Below, in pieces: positions 11,371 to 24,929 of a DNA stretch of 64,000 nt. Origin of the DNA: Nageia nagi (taxonomy: Eukaryota > Plantae > Pinophyta); NCBI GenBank assembly GCA_050084985.1, contig JBITNC010000001.1:82956001-83020000 (forward strand). The letters are read 5' to 3'. Made by a program: the position numbers and the translations under genes. Position 1 is the stretch's first letter; each line of letters opens with the position of its first letter. Below the pieces are notes generated by a model that made no database searches, had not been told where the DNA came from, and saw only the letters and a program-made list of their open reading frames with translations.

Positions 11371-13963
11371 CTATATGAAAAGGATGAAATAAATATAATA
11401 TTATCCTGTAAGAGATACAATATTTGCTCATGGAGGACCATGGCTACAAAAATGATCCTTAGTTTTTCAAGGAAATCTAGTTCAAATCTATCATTCATAT
11501 GATCATCAATAAAGAACATAATGAAATTCATGAGAAAATACTTGAGTTTCAACTATGTAGTAGTCTTGGAACATAATTTGCACAAATTTTTAAAGAAGAT
11601 TGATGCTACTGGTGGCATGAAATATGCCAAATTTGCTAATCCTATCTTCAACAATAGTGATCATTAACCTAAAAATATGTCATTTCCATAAAGAGAATAG
11701 AAAATAACATCAAAACATGATGAAATATTGACATCCCCTACTTTTATATATTTGTAGTAATTTTAGGCCATGGTAGCATAGAATTGCCTATTTTGTATGT
11801 AGGATTTTGGAAGGCCTATAGCAACCATAGTTTTGTATCATTGCAATGTATGGATGCAACAAAATAAGTTTGGAGATTGAAAAAATAAATTTTGGAACAT
11901 GCCCCAAGTAGCTATAGGTAGATGTGTCTAGAATCCCTCATTTCAATGTTCATAATATTCCTTTCACAACTACATAGAACTATTAGATAGACATAATGGA
12001 AGAAATTATTTGAAAGTTTATTTAAATTACCTTTTTCCATGCCCTTGATGGTGTATTTTTAATACAAATTTAATAAAAAATGATAATTTCTTTGTTTACA
12101 TTTTTTGGATAGGTAGGTGATATTTGAAGGAACTTCCTAAATTATTTTGAGAGATTTTCATTTAATTGCATGCATAATTCATCAAAATCCATGCTACTAG
12201 CAATGTGAAAATCACACTTTTATACCATCAAAAAGAGACATGAGAAACATGAAATTTTTCTAAGCAATTTGATCATGCAAAATAATGATTTCACTTACCC
12301 TAGGTGAAAAAAGAGCGATACCCTAGTTTCAAGGTTGAAAGTCAACTTATATAATCAAATTTTTTTAAAAAATAGTCATTTTGACTTTTTCATCAACCAA
12401 AATTTGAGCATTGTGGTCCTCCATCACTTTGAGTATTGAAGTGGTTCCAAATTCTTGATTTCTTACCAATTTCTTGCATGGGTTGAGTTTGTACTATTAT
12501 TTTAGTGTTTGGAGCCATTATGTGACTAATTTTGATTCTTTTACCATGGTAGATGATGATTGGAGGACAATTGGCTACCTAATTACTAGAAAATGTGGTC
12601 ACATTACGAAGTTACTATGGTTCCTTTCTTTATGGCCACATGGTGAGTTATTTTTGATTGTGCAATTTTGGTTTTTTTTTTTGAATTTTTAATTTTGGAG
12701 TTCTACTTTTCCAGATAGACTCAGCTTTTTATTTTTTTACCTTGTAGGAGTGTAAGGTCCTCATGAGAGGAGGTCCTATGATAGTAACTAAGCTAGAGAA
12801 AGTATGGATGTGGCCAAGGATCCCTCATATGAATAATATCTTAGATAGGTGTGGTCTTACATATTTAGCTATTATTGGACATATCCAACAAGATTTACCT
12901 ATTGATAGTGCTAGCAAAGCACTAGAATCCTAACTATTACATATTTCACCTACCCTTAGGTGAAATTTCAATGACCTTAATGTATACCATATATAGGGTA
13001 TCCCCATAAGAGAGAATTTGGTGCATCAAAGATAGCTTATAGATAATAATGTCCATGAGAAAGAGGCTCTATGGATCATAGGTGAGGTAGATCATGAATG
13101 GGAGCATTGAGCTACCTATCTTGTAGAGGTGTACCAATTTGCAATACTAGGGCACCATCTTTGGTTATTATATTACAGCTATCATAGTCATGTACATATG
13201 TTTGGACAAGAGCAGTTCAATTTTTTTCTCATATAGTATGGATTATTGGGCAAATTTGTAAGTTAGGGACTTAGTTTGCTTGGGGGAAAGTGGTTTTAGC
13301 CTAGTTTAACAAAGATTTATACAACTTTGTGAGTGTTGACAAGATAAATATCATGATTGCACACAAGGGCATACAATAGGTTTGGGCCTATGAGCACATA
13401 GCTATTGTGTGGTCCATAGGATTACAAAGAGCTTGGAAGGATCCAAGCAACATAGCTCTTGTGTGTTAGACCTCACATACGAATGGATATAGATATCCAC
13501 ATTCTTTAGAGGTTCAAAGGAGGGATATTGATAGATTTCAGGTGGGGGATCTTACTTGGGTGTATTTTTAGGATTTTATATGGCATTTGGATCCACATCA
13601 ACTTGCATGGGTTTAAAAGCATTACTTTCTCTAGAAACAAAGAAAGATTGTGGAGCCCTAGCATCCTAGTCATGTTTTGCAATAATTTGGGATTCAGTAG
13701 GACATCCTACCCATGCCCATAACATACAAGTAGTATTTAGTGGAGAGGGACTTGCTAGTAGGATCATAGATGATTCCTACATGGAGGGGTCCTTGGGAGG
13801 AGCCCCAAGTAATGGATGCAATAGCACATGTGTTCATGGCTCCCAAGGTTGCCCTCGGTTATGCTGCATGGTGGGTAGGAGTGTGCCTAGGTGATATTGG
13901 CATAGGTGAGGATGATAGTAGTGATGAGGTAGCTTCTAGTGAGGGATTGGAGGAGGATGACCC

Positions 13964-15952
13964 CAAGGAAAATGTTAGCAATGAATCCATAGCTAAATGG
14001 TTAAAATTCAAGATTTCAAATTTCAAATTTGGCTATTAAAGTAGGTTTTGCTTCCGACATGTACACCTTTATTTTATTTATTTATTTTATTTATTGGAAA
14101 AAATTGTTGGTATTTAGAACATGTTTGACTTGTTATATGCCCTAAAATTATAAATTAAAAAATATCACCCATATAGTCACCCAATATATATATATACTCA
14201 CCATGTTCAATTAGACGGTTTATGTTTCTATGGTGGATTTGCATGGATCAATATAAAATTAATGGTGGATATTGAATTTCATTAAGTAGGAAGCGAATTC
14301 AAAATTCATGGGCACTCCTATTAAATCATCTATTAAGTTTTGTATTTCACATAGTTAGCTACACCTAAACCATCTCTTTGTGTTTGATTATTTCAATTTG
14401 ATATATGAAAATGTTGGCACAACATCATACATACCCCATTATCATGTTTTTGGATTCATACTTGTTTGTACTTTCCAATTATATGATAGAATTGGTTATG
14501 AATTTGTCTTTTAACCAATTTTTAACATGAAGTATTATACATATGTTCATAGATTTCCATTTTACTCTTGGTTATACATTTGGTATACTTACACATATTT
14601 TGGTAAAATAAAATAAATATAAATATAAATATAAATATACTAATTTATACTATAGATCCATAGATTGTGCATATATATTGTAGAACTTGATTATTATTTA
14701 TGGAAATATATTGAAATAAACTCCTCTAGGTGAGGATGTAGGGAGAGAAGAGCACACAAAGGGTGAGGGTTTCAAAATTTTTTGGTGGTGAATTAGCCTT
14801 GATAGTACGATAAGAGCTTATTGGCAGCATGCTAAAAAGAGCTAATTGGCAATACGCCAAAAAGAGATTGGCAACACACCAACATGTGATGGAATAGGAT
14901 ATTGGTGGCACATCAAGGGTTTTGGGATGCCATAGGATATATTTATGTCCCATGTTATGGCTATGTATTCCCTATTAGTGATGTGTGCAAAATGTGGAAG
15001 AATACATAATGACCTGGGAACTATATGGTAAGATGCATCCAATAGACATAGTTAGTAGGTTGCAAAGAGAGCAACATATATACACAAAATGGATACAATT
15101 ACCATAGGCATGACTTGGCTTGATAGGTGTTGACACTTTTTCATTAAATGAATAACATAAAAAGTCTGATCACACCAATTCATCTCCCCAATACCCTCAT
15201 AGCATTCACCAAATTAGAAGATGTGTAACAAGTTTGATAAATATGATAGATACTTTTTAAAAGTGTGTTATGTGTTTGTGAAAGCCTGGTAGACATATAC
15301 ACATAATGTGGAAGCATGAATAAGGCCCAAGAATTAATTGGAAAAATGCATTCACTAGAGGTTTATAGAGATAGGATGCTAAAGATACTAGAAACCACCA
15401 TTGAGACTCAATGGTACCCTTTGTTCAACTTATAGATCTTAGAGTTAGGGTTTATTTATTTTGGACTATGACTTGGAGTTTTTTATAGTTCAAAGTTTTG
15501 TAGGGATCATTAGGCATATTGATTTCAAATTTTTATAGGGTTAATTTTTTATATTTAATTTTTTATTTAAATTTAAATTTTAAAGTTAAATTTTATATTT
15601 TAACTTTAAATTTTTATATTTAATTTTTTTATTTAAACTTAAAAGTGAGGAGAAGTATTTGTTTAATGGTTTTTGTTTTAGTTAGTTTAATATTTAAAAA
15701 CAATTATTAGATATACATAAATATATGTCTTTTATTATCCTTAAAAAGTTTGTAGGATCTAATATTTATCAAAATTTGTTTACATAAGAAAATAAAATAT
15801 ATCATTTAAGTATTTTAATTAATTGCTCCTTTTTTTTAACAAGTATAACACAATTCAAAATTAATCACCTTGTTTTCTAATATATTTCAAGATTGATCAT
15901 CCTTTTATTAAAATTCACTTTTAAGGGGGGGGGGGTATTTAAATTTTCCCTA
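13964..15952. mobile_element. Non-autonomous hAT element (1989 bp)
   Basis: Absent from PMD copy 1. 8-bp TSD GATGACCC (13956-13963) / GATGACCT (15953-15960). TIRs CAAGGAAAAT / ATTTTCCCTA. Confidence 0.85.
14820..15355 (+). pseudogene. Captured PLS-class PPR gene fragment
   Basis: ELIGNTPKRD..WNRILVA; SLLVMCAKCGRIHN/WELYGKMHPIDIVS; LVDIYT*CGSMNKAQELIGKM, matching the ALVDMYAKCGS.E.A.ELFDKM PPR consensus. Confidence 0.75.
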
Positions 15953-17279
15953 GATGACCTTTATTAGATTAATAATTTGATCCATGATGTACCTTCCTAG
16001 GAGGGTGAGGGAGTAGGGGGTTTACCCATTCTTGTCGTAGCTATCCCAGTACCAGGTAAAATGCTAAGTCAGCTTATTGGTTTTCATGTTTAATGTATAA
16101 TTAGAAACTGAGTAATCTAATTTTTTTTGTGCAATAAGAGTTGCAAATGCTAGGATTACCTCTTTAGAGGTAGAGGTAGCAAGATTATAACCTTTGGAGG
16201 TTGAGATTACTAGGTTGTGACCCATGGAGGCCCAACTCATAACACTGCAAGCCATTTTGATGGATAAGGATGCACAAATTGCCACATTGGAGTAATATAT
16301 GAAGAGATTGTAGGAGCCCTTAACTATGCCTCCACCAAATTAGCAATGGTCCTTTAGCCAAGGTTAGATCGATAATATCGAGACCAATGATAAAGATATC
16401 ATTACTTTAAAGGTGAAGTATGGTCAAGCAAAGACCCTTTTGTAGAGCCATGATTTATCATTGAGTGGCCAAACATCATCCTTAGAGGCTAATGGTAGCA
16501 GTAGTTGTAGGGTTAGGCCTAGGCTAGATATGATTCAAAGTGGTGGGAGTACCCACCCAGGATTGTAGGGCTAAGGTCCATTTTATACCATTTGCATCAT
16601 TTTTGACAATTATATATATATATTATAGTTTTTTTTTGGACTCAAAGACTTGTGCCAATGCAATAGTTTCTAGTTTGTTACTTGTTATGAATGGTTTTAT
16701 ATTTCTATTGCTAATTGCTTAATACTAAAGACACATGAGTTTGCAATCTACTTCATGAGCCTAATAATGCAGTTTTAGCCTAATACATATAATAAGGGAA
16801 ATGAACCTATTATGAATCCTTCACTCATAAACATGGAACAAGCAATCACAATGAAATATATATGTAATATGATCAATAATGATACCAAACAACCTAACCT
16901 AAGTGAATCAAATTACATAGTACCAAAGGGATCCAAATGAAAAAGTGCAAGTTTCTTCTAGTAGATGATATGACATCTAGCCTAATACCAATTCATTATG
17001 TTCAACAATGTGTCTAGAATTTGGAAATACTATCCTTGAAGATTCTATCCTAGGAAATGCACATTGTTAGCAATGTAAAACATGCCTTACACACCATTGG
17101 TGGCATATTTAGAAATGACCTAGGCCAGGTAGAAAAGGAAAAACATAATAACACACAAAAATAGGATAGAGAACACATTGTACACATGTAAAAAAACTAC
17201 TTAAAATGCATGAAAATGCAAAAATATCTTACCTAAATAATATACACTATCTGCAAAGATGAGGAAACTTAAGCAATTA

Positions 17280-19735
17280 CTTTATGTACCTAGGAAGAGT
17301 TTTCTACCCAAATACACTTCACATAGGCAAAGACAAAAAGAGACACCTTTGGTTAAGTAATTTCCACATCATTGGCATTGTGCAAATAGTGTTGGATGCC
17401 ATAAATAATGCTAATTTTAAATCCATTTCCAATTCTTTTGTGAGGAAAATGTTTGTATCCATGATTGTTAGAAAATTAATGACATAATTTATTGGAAACA
17501 CTCATTGTACTGATACAACCTCTTGGTTGTGAAGTAGGTATAGTATTAGTGAAGATCCCTAGTTGTTTGTTATCAGGGTGTATAGGTCCTACTTGCTTAG
17601 TTGGCTTAGCATCCATCTTGATAGCTCCCTTATCAATGAAATCCTATATAATATGCTTTAGAGACATACAACTATGTGTTATATGTCTAATTACCCTATG
17701 ATAATTACAAAATTCTTCATAGTAAAAATGCTCAGGCATACCATTAGGGAACTTAGGCTCAATAATAGGAGGCAACTCAATAAGTTCTTCATCCTAAAAA
17801 ATATTAAGAATATTATCAAAAGTATCAATCAAAGGAGTAAAATATCACTTAAATTTAGGGGTGGATTTGCATTTATGAGTAACATTGTTTGCTTCAATCT
17901 TACTTGTATTTTTAGGGATTGATTTCTAATGATGAGTGTTATCATTGTTCTTCATAGCATACAATTTTTTGATACATGGATCTTTCTTGATAACTATGTC
18001 TATAATATATCCTAGTGACATATCATGGTTAGGGATGAGGAATAGTTTATATATATGCAAGATACCATTTGCAAAAGCATATTTTAGATCTTGTTCAGGC
18101 ATAGTGATTTTATGAGCCCTTTGTTTCCATACTTTTACAAAGTCCTTGAGAGATTGATTAGGCAATTGATTAATTTTATACAAATACTTAAAATAGAATT
18201 TCTTAGCAATATTATACCTAAAGTTTTACAAGAATAAATGAATCAAATCTTTATACCTATAAATGATATTTTCAAGAAGCTAAAAATACCATTTTAGAGC
18301 ATCATCTTTTAAACTATGAGAGAATAATTTAGCTAACAAGTCACTATCATGCATATATTCAATAGTTTCTTCTTAGAACTTCCTAACATGAATCTTAGGA
18401 TCTTGAATACCATAAAATTTAGTAAAATTGATACTCTTTTTTCTAGGAATGATCTTAGCAATAATTCTATCAGTTAGAGGCCTTTTGAGACAAGATAAGA
18501 AATCATCTTCATCAACCAAGATATTTTGAGGTTCTAAATTGCTAATATTGGTTGAGTTAAATTTTGGGGATGGTGGTGGGACTTGAGGTGGGATATGAGA
18601 TGGAATATGAGGTTCGCTATGAGGTGGGATATGAGGTTTATCTTGTGTCTTTTTAAGTTCAACCTCCTTCAAGGCAACAAGTGGACCTATGTGGTTAATC
18701 CTCTCATGCTCTAACTTATCCAAAATTTTAGCTAGTATTTCTAACTATTGTTGCGAAGGTTCTTTATACCAATTGGTAGTATCTTGAAGTTCAATAAGGA
18801 TACTAGTTTTTATGTGATGTTCTTCTATAGTCCAATTAGGTTGTAAGTTGTAAGCCTCATTAACCATTTTATTTAATTATTGGTTGATAAGAATTTTAGG
18901 ATATTCTTCTTGTACAATATTCTTATCTTTAGGATTTTTACCTTTTTTGAAGTGATTAGGCTTGAGGATAAGGTGGATATAGTATTCATTAGATTCATCA
19001 TGTAGATCATCCTTTTGATCATAATCATCATTAATATTCTCCTCTAGTGATTATTCATCCTCTGCATTGGTCTCTAGAATTGAGTTTATCTTAATTATTT
19101 CTACATTATTGGTAGCATGGTCACAATCTAGTATGTTGCTAGCAACATTCCCTTTATTGGAAATCTTCTCAAGCTTCTTGCTACTTGTTACCTCATATGA
19201 AAATAGTCTATCCTCTAAATTTGAGTCAATATAATGTTCATCAATCAATTCATAATTAGTCAAAATATTAATAAACAAAAGGAGCATTATTTGTGATATA
19301 ATATTCTAATCTTTTTCTATCAGAGAAGATCTCTTGAATAGATCAAGCATAACAAGGGATCCTATCTAATTTAAGGATTTTATCTTCATTATCTACACTA
19401 TTAGAGTGATTTTCTAGGTTTTCAAACTCAAAAGGATCAATGGTAGCATATCTCCTAGGAGTTTCATTGATGATACAAATTTTCTTGCTAGAGTGTGAGG
19501 ATTTAGTGTCACTATGAGCATTAGGAAGAGGTATTTGGATAGATAAATTAGGGTTTTTTTGAACACTCCTCCTAACATCAATAAATTGTACTTTTAATTT
19601 GGAAACTTTAGGATTTTTCATATTAAGGTCCATCTTTGGGATATAGAAAGAACAAACCCTAGTTTTATCATTCTCTTTGGTTACTATTCGAAGAGCTTCA
19701 TCTAAAGGAATGAATAGTAACAAAAATGGATTCAT
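17280..19735 (-). pseudogene. Long Ty3 gag (N-terminal extension, capsid, zinc knuckle), no pol
   Basis: ATG ~50 nt after the PBS; KFYGIQDPKIHVRKF, HSLKDDALKWYF, FCNYHRV..H..N/SC; ends without a protease motif. Confidence 0.85.
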
Positions 19736-19801
19736 GACTTCTCAAAAGAAATTTTCCCTAGATGCATAACTAGGTGTGTAAGAATATTGGGTTCACCAAA
19801 A

Positions 19802-20092
19802 TGTAACCTAAAATAATGTCATTAATTATTTATGGGGGTTAATTAATGCACTATTGGTCTAATTTGCTTTATTGATATATATCTAAAATATGACAAAGAT
19901 GTTTAACTAGCATACATATTCATTTTATCCTAATTGCATATTCAATCAATTAATAGCATCATACATCATAAATAAACATGCATTCATACATTAACATACC
20001 ATTAGCATCCTAAATGGGGTATGCTACTAATGATGTGGAATAAGTAAAATTGGAAGAGTAGCAAGAAATATAGGATGCTCAAATGATCAAGT
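19802..20092 (-). repeat. LTR L4 (truncated 5' LTR of C); tRNA-Trp PBS at 19783-19798
   Basis: Matches the first ~290 bp of L1/L3, then switches abruptly to element G. Confidence 0.85.
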
Positions 20093-20199
20093 AATAATAA
20101 ATGAGCCTTTTTGCTATTGTTTTAGAGAGCCTTTTATAGATAATTTAGGAGGTTATGGTTTAGTTATGTGAGGTGGAAGATGATTTTTATTTTGCTTAT

Positions 20200-22748
20200 T
20201 ATTTATCATGCCATTTTGTCTCCCTTGTATCTTTTGTGCTCTTGTAGCAACATTGATCATGCCTATGAAATTTGAATCATCTTGGCTCCATTTATGTTTT
20301 TCACTTGAATGTAATGAAATGCTATTAGCTAGATGTTATGGAAGTGGATTTTGGTAAATTCCAAAATTTTGTTTAGGAATTGCAACAAGACTATGCACCT
20401 CTAACTTCCCATTATCAATTAAGTCTTGGACTATGTTTTTTAAGGTTTGATATTTATTTGTATCATAACCTTTCTGATGATGAAAATGACAAAATTCTTC
20501 TTCAGTATACCATTTGCTTTCCTTACTTATAGGGTTTTCTTGCCTTATTTCAAGCAAAGTAATTATTTTATGATCACATAATTTTCTCAAAATATCACAA
20601 AGAGGTCTTGATAGAGGTGTATATTTTCTTCTAGGCTTAAAATCTCTTTTGATCTTTTGAGATGATGATTTTTCCACATCTTTTACAATTAAAACTTTAT
20701 TTATCGATAATTATTTATTTTCTTGTTTTGTTTGATTTTTATTCTTAATATAACCTTCTTGATTCTTATTATTTATCTCTCCATCTTGGATTTTAACTCT
20801 TTCAATAATGATTGCTTGAGAGATAGCTTCTTCAAAGGTGTAATGTTGTTGAATCAATAATGTACTAGCAATAGATCTTAAGCAACTTTGACTGAATAAC
20901 TTGACTAGTTAATCTTAATGTAAAGTGTAAAGTATACTCATAAACACCACCCTCCATCATCCAATGAAATATGTAACAAATTCATATAAAAATTATTGTA
21001 ATATTGTGAGATCAGTGATGGAGGTCTTATCTTTGATGTTGATTTTGAAATGTTCTAGAAATACATTTTCTAACTGAAAGTATGAAATGATACTATGTTT
21101 TGGTAAGTTGTTGTACCAATCCATTGGTTTTATAAAAAGGATAATGGAAAAGATACATAACATTAATGCATCATCATTAGAAATCAAGTAACTTGAATAT
21201 TTGAATTTCCTCAAATGTTCCTTAGGATCTTCTTTTCCTTTAAATGGTTCATTTTTTGGTATTTCAAACTTATAAGGAATTTATTTCTTTGGAACACTAG
21301 GATGAATTGGTTCATTAAAAATTGTCTAATAAGATATTTTTTTATTTATCTTGCATAGATAACCTTGTTTGTACTTATTTTAATCATTTGTATAAATCAT
21401 CATCCTTTTTTGTTATCTTCTCCATTGGTTGATTATGTGAATAGTCAAGATATTATTCATATCTTGGATATGCTTTTTATTTAGGATATTTTACTTCTTC
21501 ATATCCTTGACCAAGTTCATATCAATGTTATAAGGGAATACTTGCCTCATAATAACCTTCACTATATGGTGGTGGAGGTTGACAAGGTGGTCTAGAAGGT
21601 AACTGATATCCTTGTTTCGTATCTTATGGTGGAGGGAGATGATATCTTTGAAGTTCATATTGTTACTTTTTGAATGATATTTCTTTCTTTTTAGATAAGT
21701 AGGGGATTGATATCTATACACTCCATGATTTTGAGGAGATAATGATTATGCCCTAGATGGTGGTTTACTACTCACCTTAAAATCTTGACCAATTGTAACT
21801 TGACCTTGGTGTTGAATATTTGGCATATTCATATTTTGAGGTATATTAGTAACCAATTGAGTTTGTACATGGTAATGATGTTTAATAATTAGTGTATTCC
21901 TATTTTGAAGTATATTAGGCACTGATTAGGCTTGCACCTAATGGTGTTTGGTAAATTTTATTGGTTTCCCTACTTGTTGACTAGAATGACCCAATACTTG
22001 TTGTTGTTGTTCCATATTTTGTTGTTGTACAATCTCTTGTTGATGCATATTTATTTGAGGTGTAGGTTCTTTTTTACAAGGATAGGGAGGTATTTCTTGC
22101 AACTTGAACCTTGGTAACTTTGGCTAAATTAGTTTTACTTGTGTGATTTGTTGAATTCTTACCAAAGGAGATGGGGTATTTGATCTTAATATATTATAAG
22201 GATTATCATATACCTTAAAGGTATTTATTATTTGGGGTATAGGAGTTGTTGTATGTATAGATATCCTATCATCAAAATATTCCATTTTTATTAATATTGT
22301 AGAGGGTGAATAATATTCTCTTCTTAAGTAAGATTGAACTAAATTCCCATATGGCAAGTATCATGTAACATGATGAAACTTAGGCCTAAAAGGACCCCTT
22401 TTGAATTATTGTATTAGTTGATTGTTCTCTTGAAGGAGATGCCTTTGTTTCTTCATCATTAGGTGGTTCCTTCACTATTTATAGTGTATCTTCTCTCAAA
22501 TGTATTCCATATGGAGAAAGACTTTGTATATGAGGTGAAGATGGAGGTATCCTTAGTTGTGTTATATGTTGTATAACATATTATAAATAATTGTCAAAAG
22601 CATCTACTTGTACCTTAGGGTTTTCATCTTGAGGTGTTTCTTTTGTAGAAATAGCCCAAATAAATCTAAGGTCTCCTTTTTGTTCTAAGTCATATTCATC
22701 TTGAGGCTCTTATTCTTGAAAAGCTCTTTGAAAATGAGTTTGAACCAT
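20200..22748 (-). pseudogene. Ty3 gag remnant of element G
   Basis: MVQT start; FKGKEDPKEHLRKF; DWYNNLPKHSI; CHFHHQKGYDTNKY knuckle. Confidence 0.8.
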
Positions 22749-22920
22749 TATTTATGTTATATATTTTATATATTTTTAATAAGTAATAAGAAACATACAA
22801 AACATCATATATATCAATTATTTTTTATCTTTTTTTATTTTATGTTGACAAGAAGATAATTTAATGCACAAACATCTTATATGAGCATTTATTTTTTACT
22901 ATGTGTTTACCTTCTTTATG

Positions 22921-22930
22921 TATATATATA

Positions 22931-22963
<33 letters not shown>
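22921..22963. repeat. (TA)n microsatellite
   Basis: Direct reading. Confidence 0.9.
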
Positions 22964-22969
<6 letters not shown>

Positions 22970-24929
22970 CTTATCTTTATTATGTGAACGATAGGAATTG
23001 TGTGTTTTATTCTTCTTAGTTTTCCTAACCTTGTTTTGTCTAGTCAGGTATTTAATCAAGGTAGGCTAGTAATCCTAAGAGTCTAACTATGGTTAAGTCA
23101 TGACTTGGTATTTAAAATGGTCCTCTTAGTGCAATGGGGATTAGAGAATGCTATTTATATCTATCTTGGTGATTAAATCCAAGTATAGTCCCTTTTTTAT
23201 AGTCATCCGAGGGGAAGTAACGACTTCTAACATATGAACCTAGTTTTCATATCCAAGTTTTGGATATAAGGCTTATTGTATTTTGTTAGTGAATGCATAA
23301 GAATGTAAGAATCAATGGATGGTAATAATATCCAACTCATTGATGTTCATTTTATAAGACTTAATGATCATGTAATTAATAAACCAAAATACATATGAAT
23401 GCAAACTCTAACCCTCCCAATCATACATGTCCATTAATTAGACATTCTAATATGATTCAAATAATGTTTTAATTATTATGTGTTAATCAAATTAACCCAT
23501 GAAATTCAACACCAAATTAATGAGGTTATTTTACTCTTCCAGATGTGGAAGCAATGATCTCTACCCAATAAATAAGTAAATTTAAACCTTAAATCTTAAT
23601 TAATGATATTATTAAATGCATTTCTATATTTAACAATATCCATCCTTTCTTGAATGCAATTTGATCAAAGGGATCATATACAGAAGGTTCATTCATGTTT
23701 TCATCTTAGATTCCTACATTGTGCTTGTTGTATTAACAAAAATTAGGGATCTTACCTTTGTTTAACAAATGCTAGCATTCTATTCCAATCATTGGTGTCC
23801 CAAGCCAATCATTAACATCTTCTATCAAATTGCTATCGATTCTATAAATAATCATAAAAAGGAATAGAACAACCAAAAAATGTTAATCAAAAGCTAAAAC
23901 CACAAGATACAAAATAAACATAAGATTGTAAAAAGAACCAAGAACCCCTTGTGCTCAATCACTGCTTGTTAGTATGAAGGGACTTCCTTCTAGTGTCAAA
24001 ATGTTGACCCAAAAAGGTAACCAATTAGAAAATAATATAAATACATATTAAATACCAATAAGTATTTTATTACTCTCTTGAGTGACCTCAAATGTTACAA
24101 AATTAATCACTAGATTTGTAGCCTTGCTTAAAGGGCCTTTACAAAATTATTTTTTAGAGCTTCCTTGGGCTTTAATAGAGTCATCGATGATTAGGATGTA
24201 GTCATTGGCATCTAGCTTCAATCATTGGTGTTCAAGCTCAATCACTATCATTTCTGATAGTGGAGTTGACTCTGAATGAATCTTCTCTTTTGCTTCATTT
24301 CATCTTTAATTTTTAATTTTTGCTAGTTCTTGATGTAATTTTCCTTCAACACTCTTTGTATTAGCACATGTGGACCCTGCACACATGCCTAAAATAACAA
24401 ATCAAGCATACCTATTCACATAAAAGGCATCATATATTGAATCAAAAATACATGAATGAGTATATAATAGAAGTACTTAACTCTTCAAAAGCTTTAAATG
24501 AAATCCTATTGAGTAATTTTACTTCAATTAGGTCCCTTCCTTCATTAACAAATATTTAATTTATAGCCTTTTGAGTTTGTTTAATTTTCAAAGGGCTAAC
24601 AACTTGACTAAAAAAGTCATCCAAGTATAGAATATCCATGATTTTATTCGTGCAACTGCCAAACCAACAATAACTCACTCATAACCAAATAATTTTTGTG
24701 AACAAATTAGTTCAAGAACGTATTTATTTTTGGTCTAACTAAGTATTGGGTCATTGAAAATTGGGTATAGGATGCTGATGATTGGTTTGAGTCTCTAGCG
24801 ATAAGGGTGAATTACTAGTGATTTGTCATTTAGTATAACTTTTATAATACATGTTAATTTTAATCCCTTTCCATTTGATTTTCAAATGAGGGTCATTTTT
24901 GGGTGTCTACATTATTAGTTATTTTATTA

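Larger units (their letters stand above)
12546..16610 (+). pseudogene. Decayed PMD/coiled-coil gene, copy 2 (interrupted by hAT)
   Basis: Colinear with 324-2380; intron 12643-12747 GT..AG; second donor CAG|GTAAAA at 16056. Confidence 0.85.
9545..20092 (-). mobile_element. Non-autonomous Tat/Ogre-like element C (gag + antisense PMD gene + antisense ORF, no pol)
   Basis: 3' LTR L3, PPT, repeat array, PMD gene, long gag, PBS 19783-19798, truncated 5' LTR from 19802. Confidence 0.85.
20095..24911 (-). mobile_element. Truncated Ty3 (Tat-like) element G: 5' LTR 24002-24911, tRNA-Asn PBS, 1.2-kb leader, gag
   Basis: LTR TGTTGACCC...GTGTCTACA. PBS CTTCCTTCTAGTGTCA (23983-23998) is decayed tRNA-Asn CCTCCTTCTAGCGCCA. 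Confidence 0.8.

Noticed and set aside
11370-11680. Coding-like stretch between the repeat array and the PMD gene
   Set aside because: Single copy in the window, no recognisable motif, frame ambiguous.
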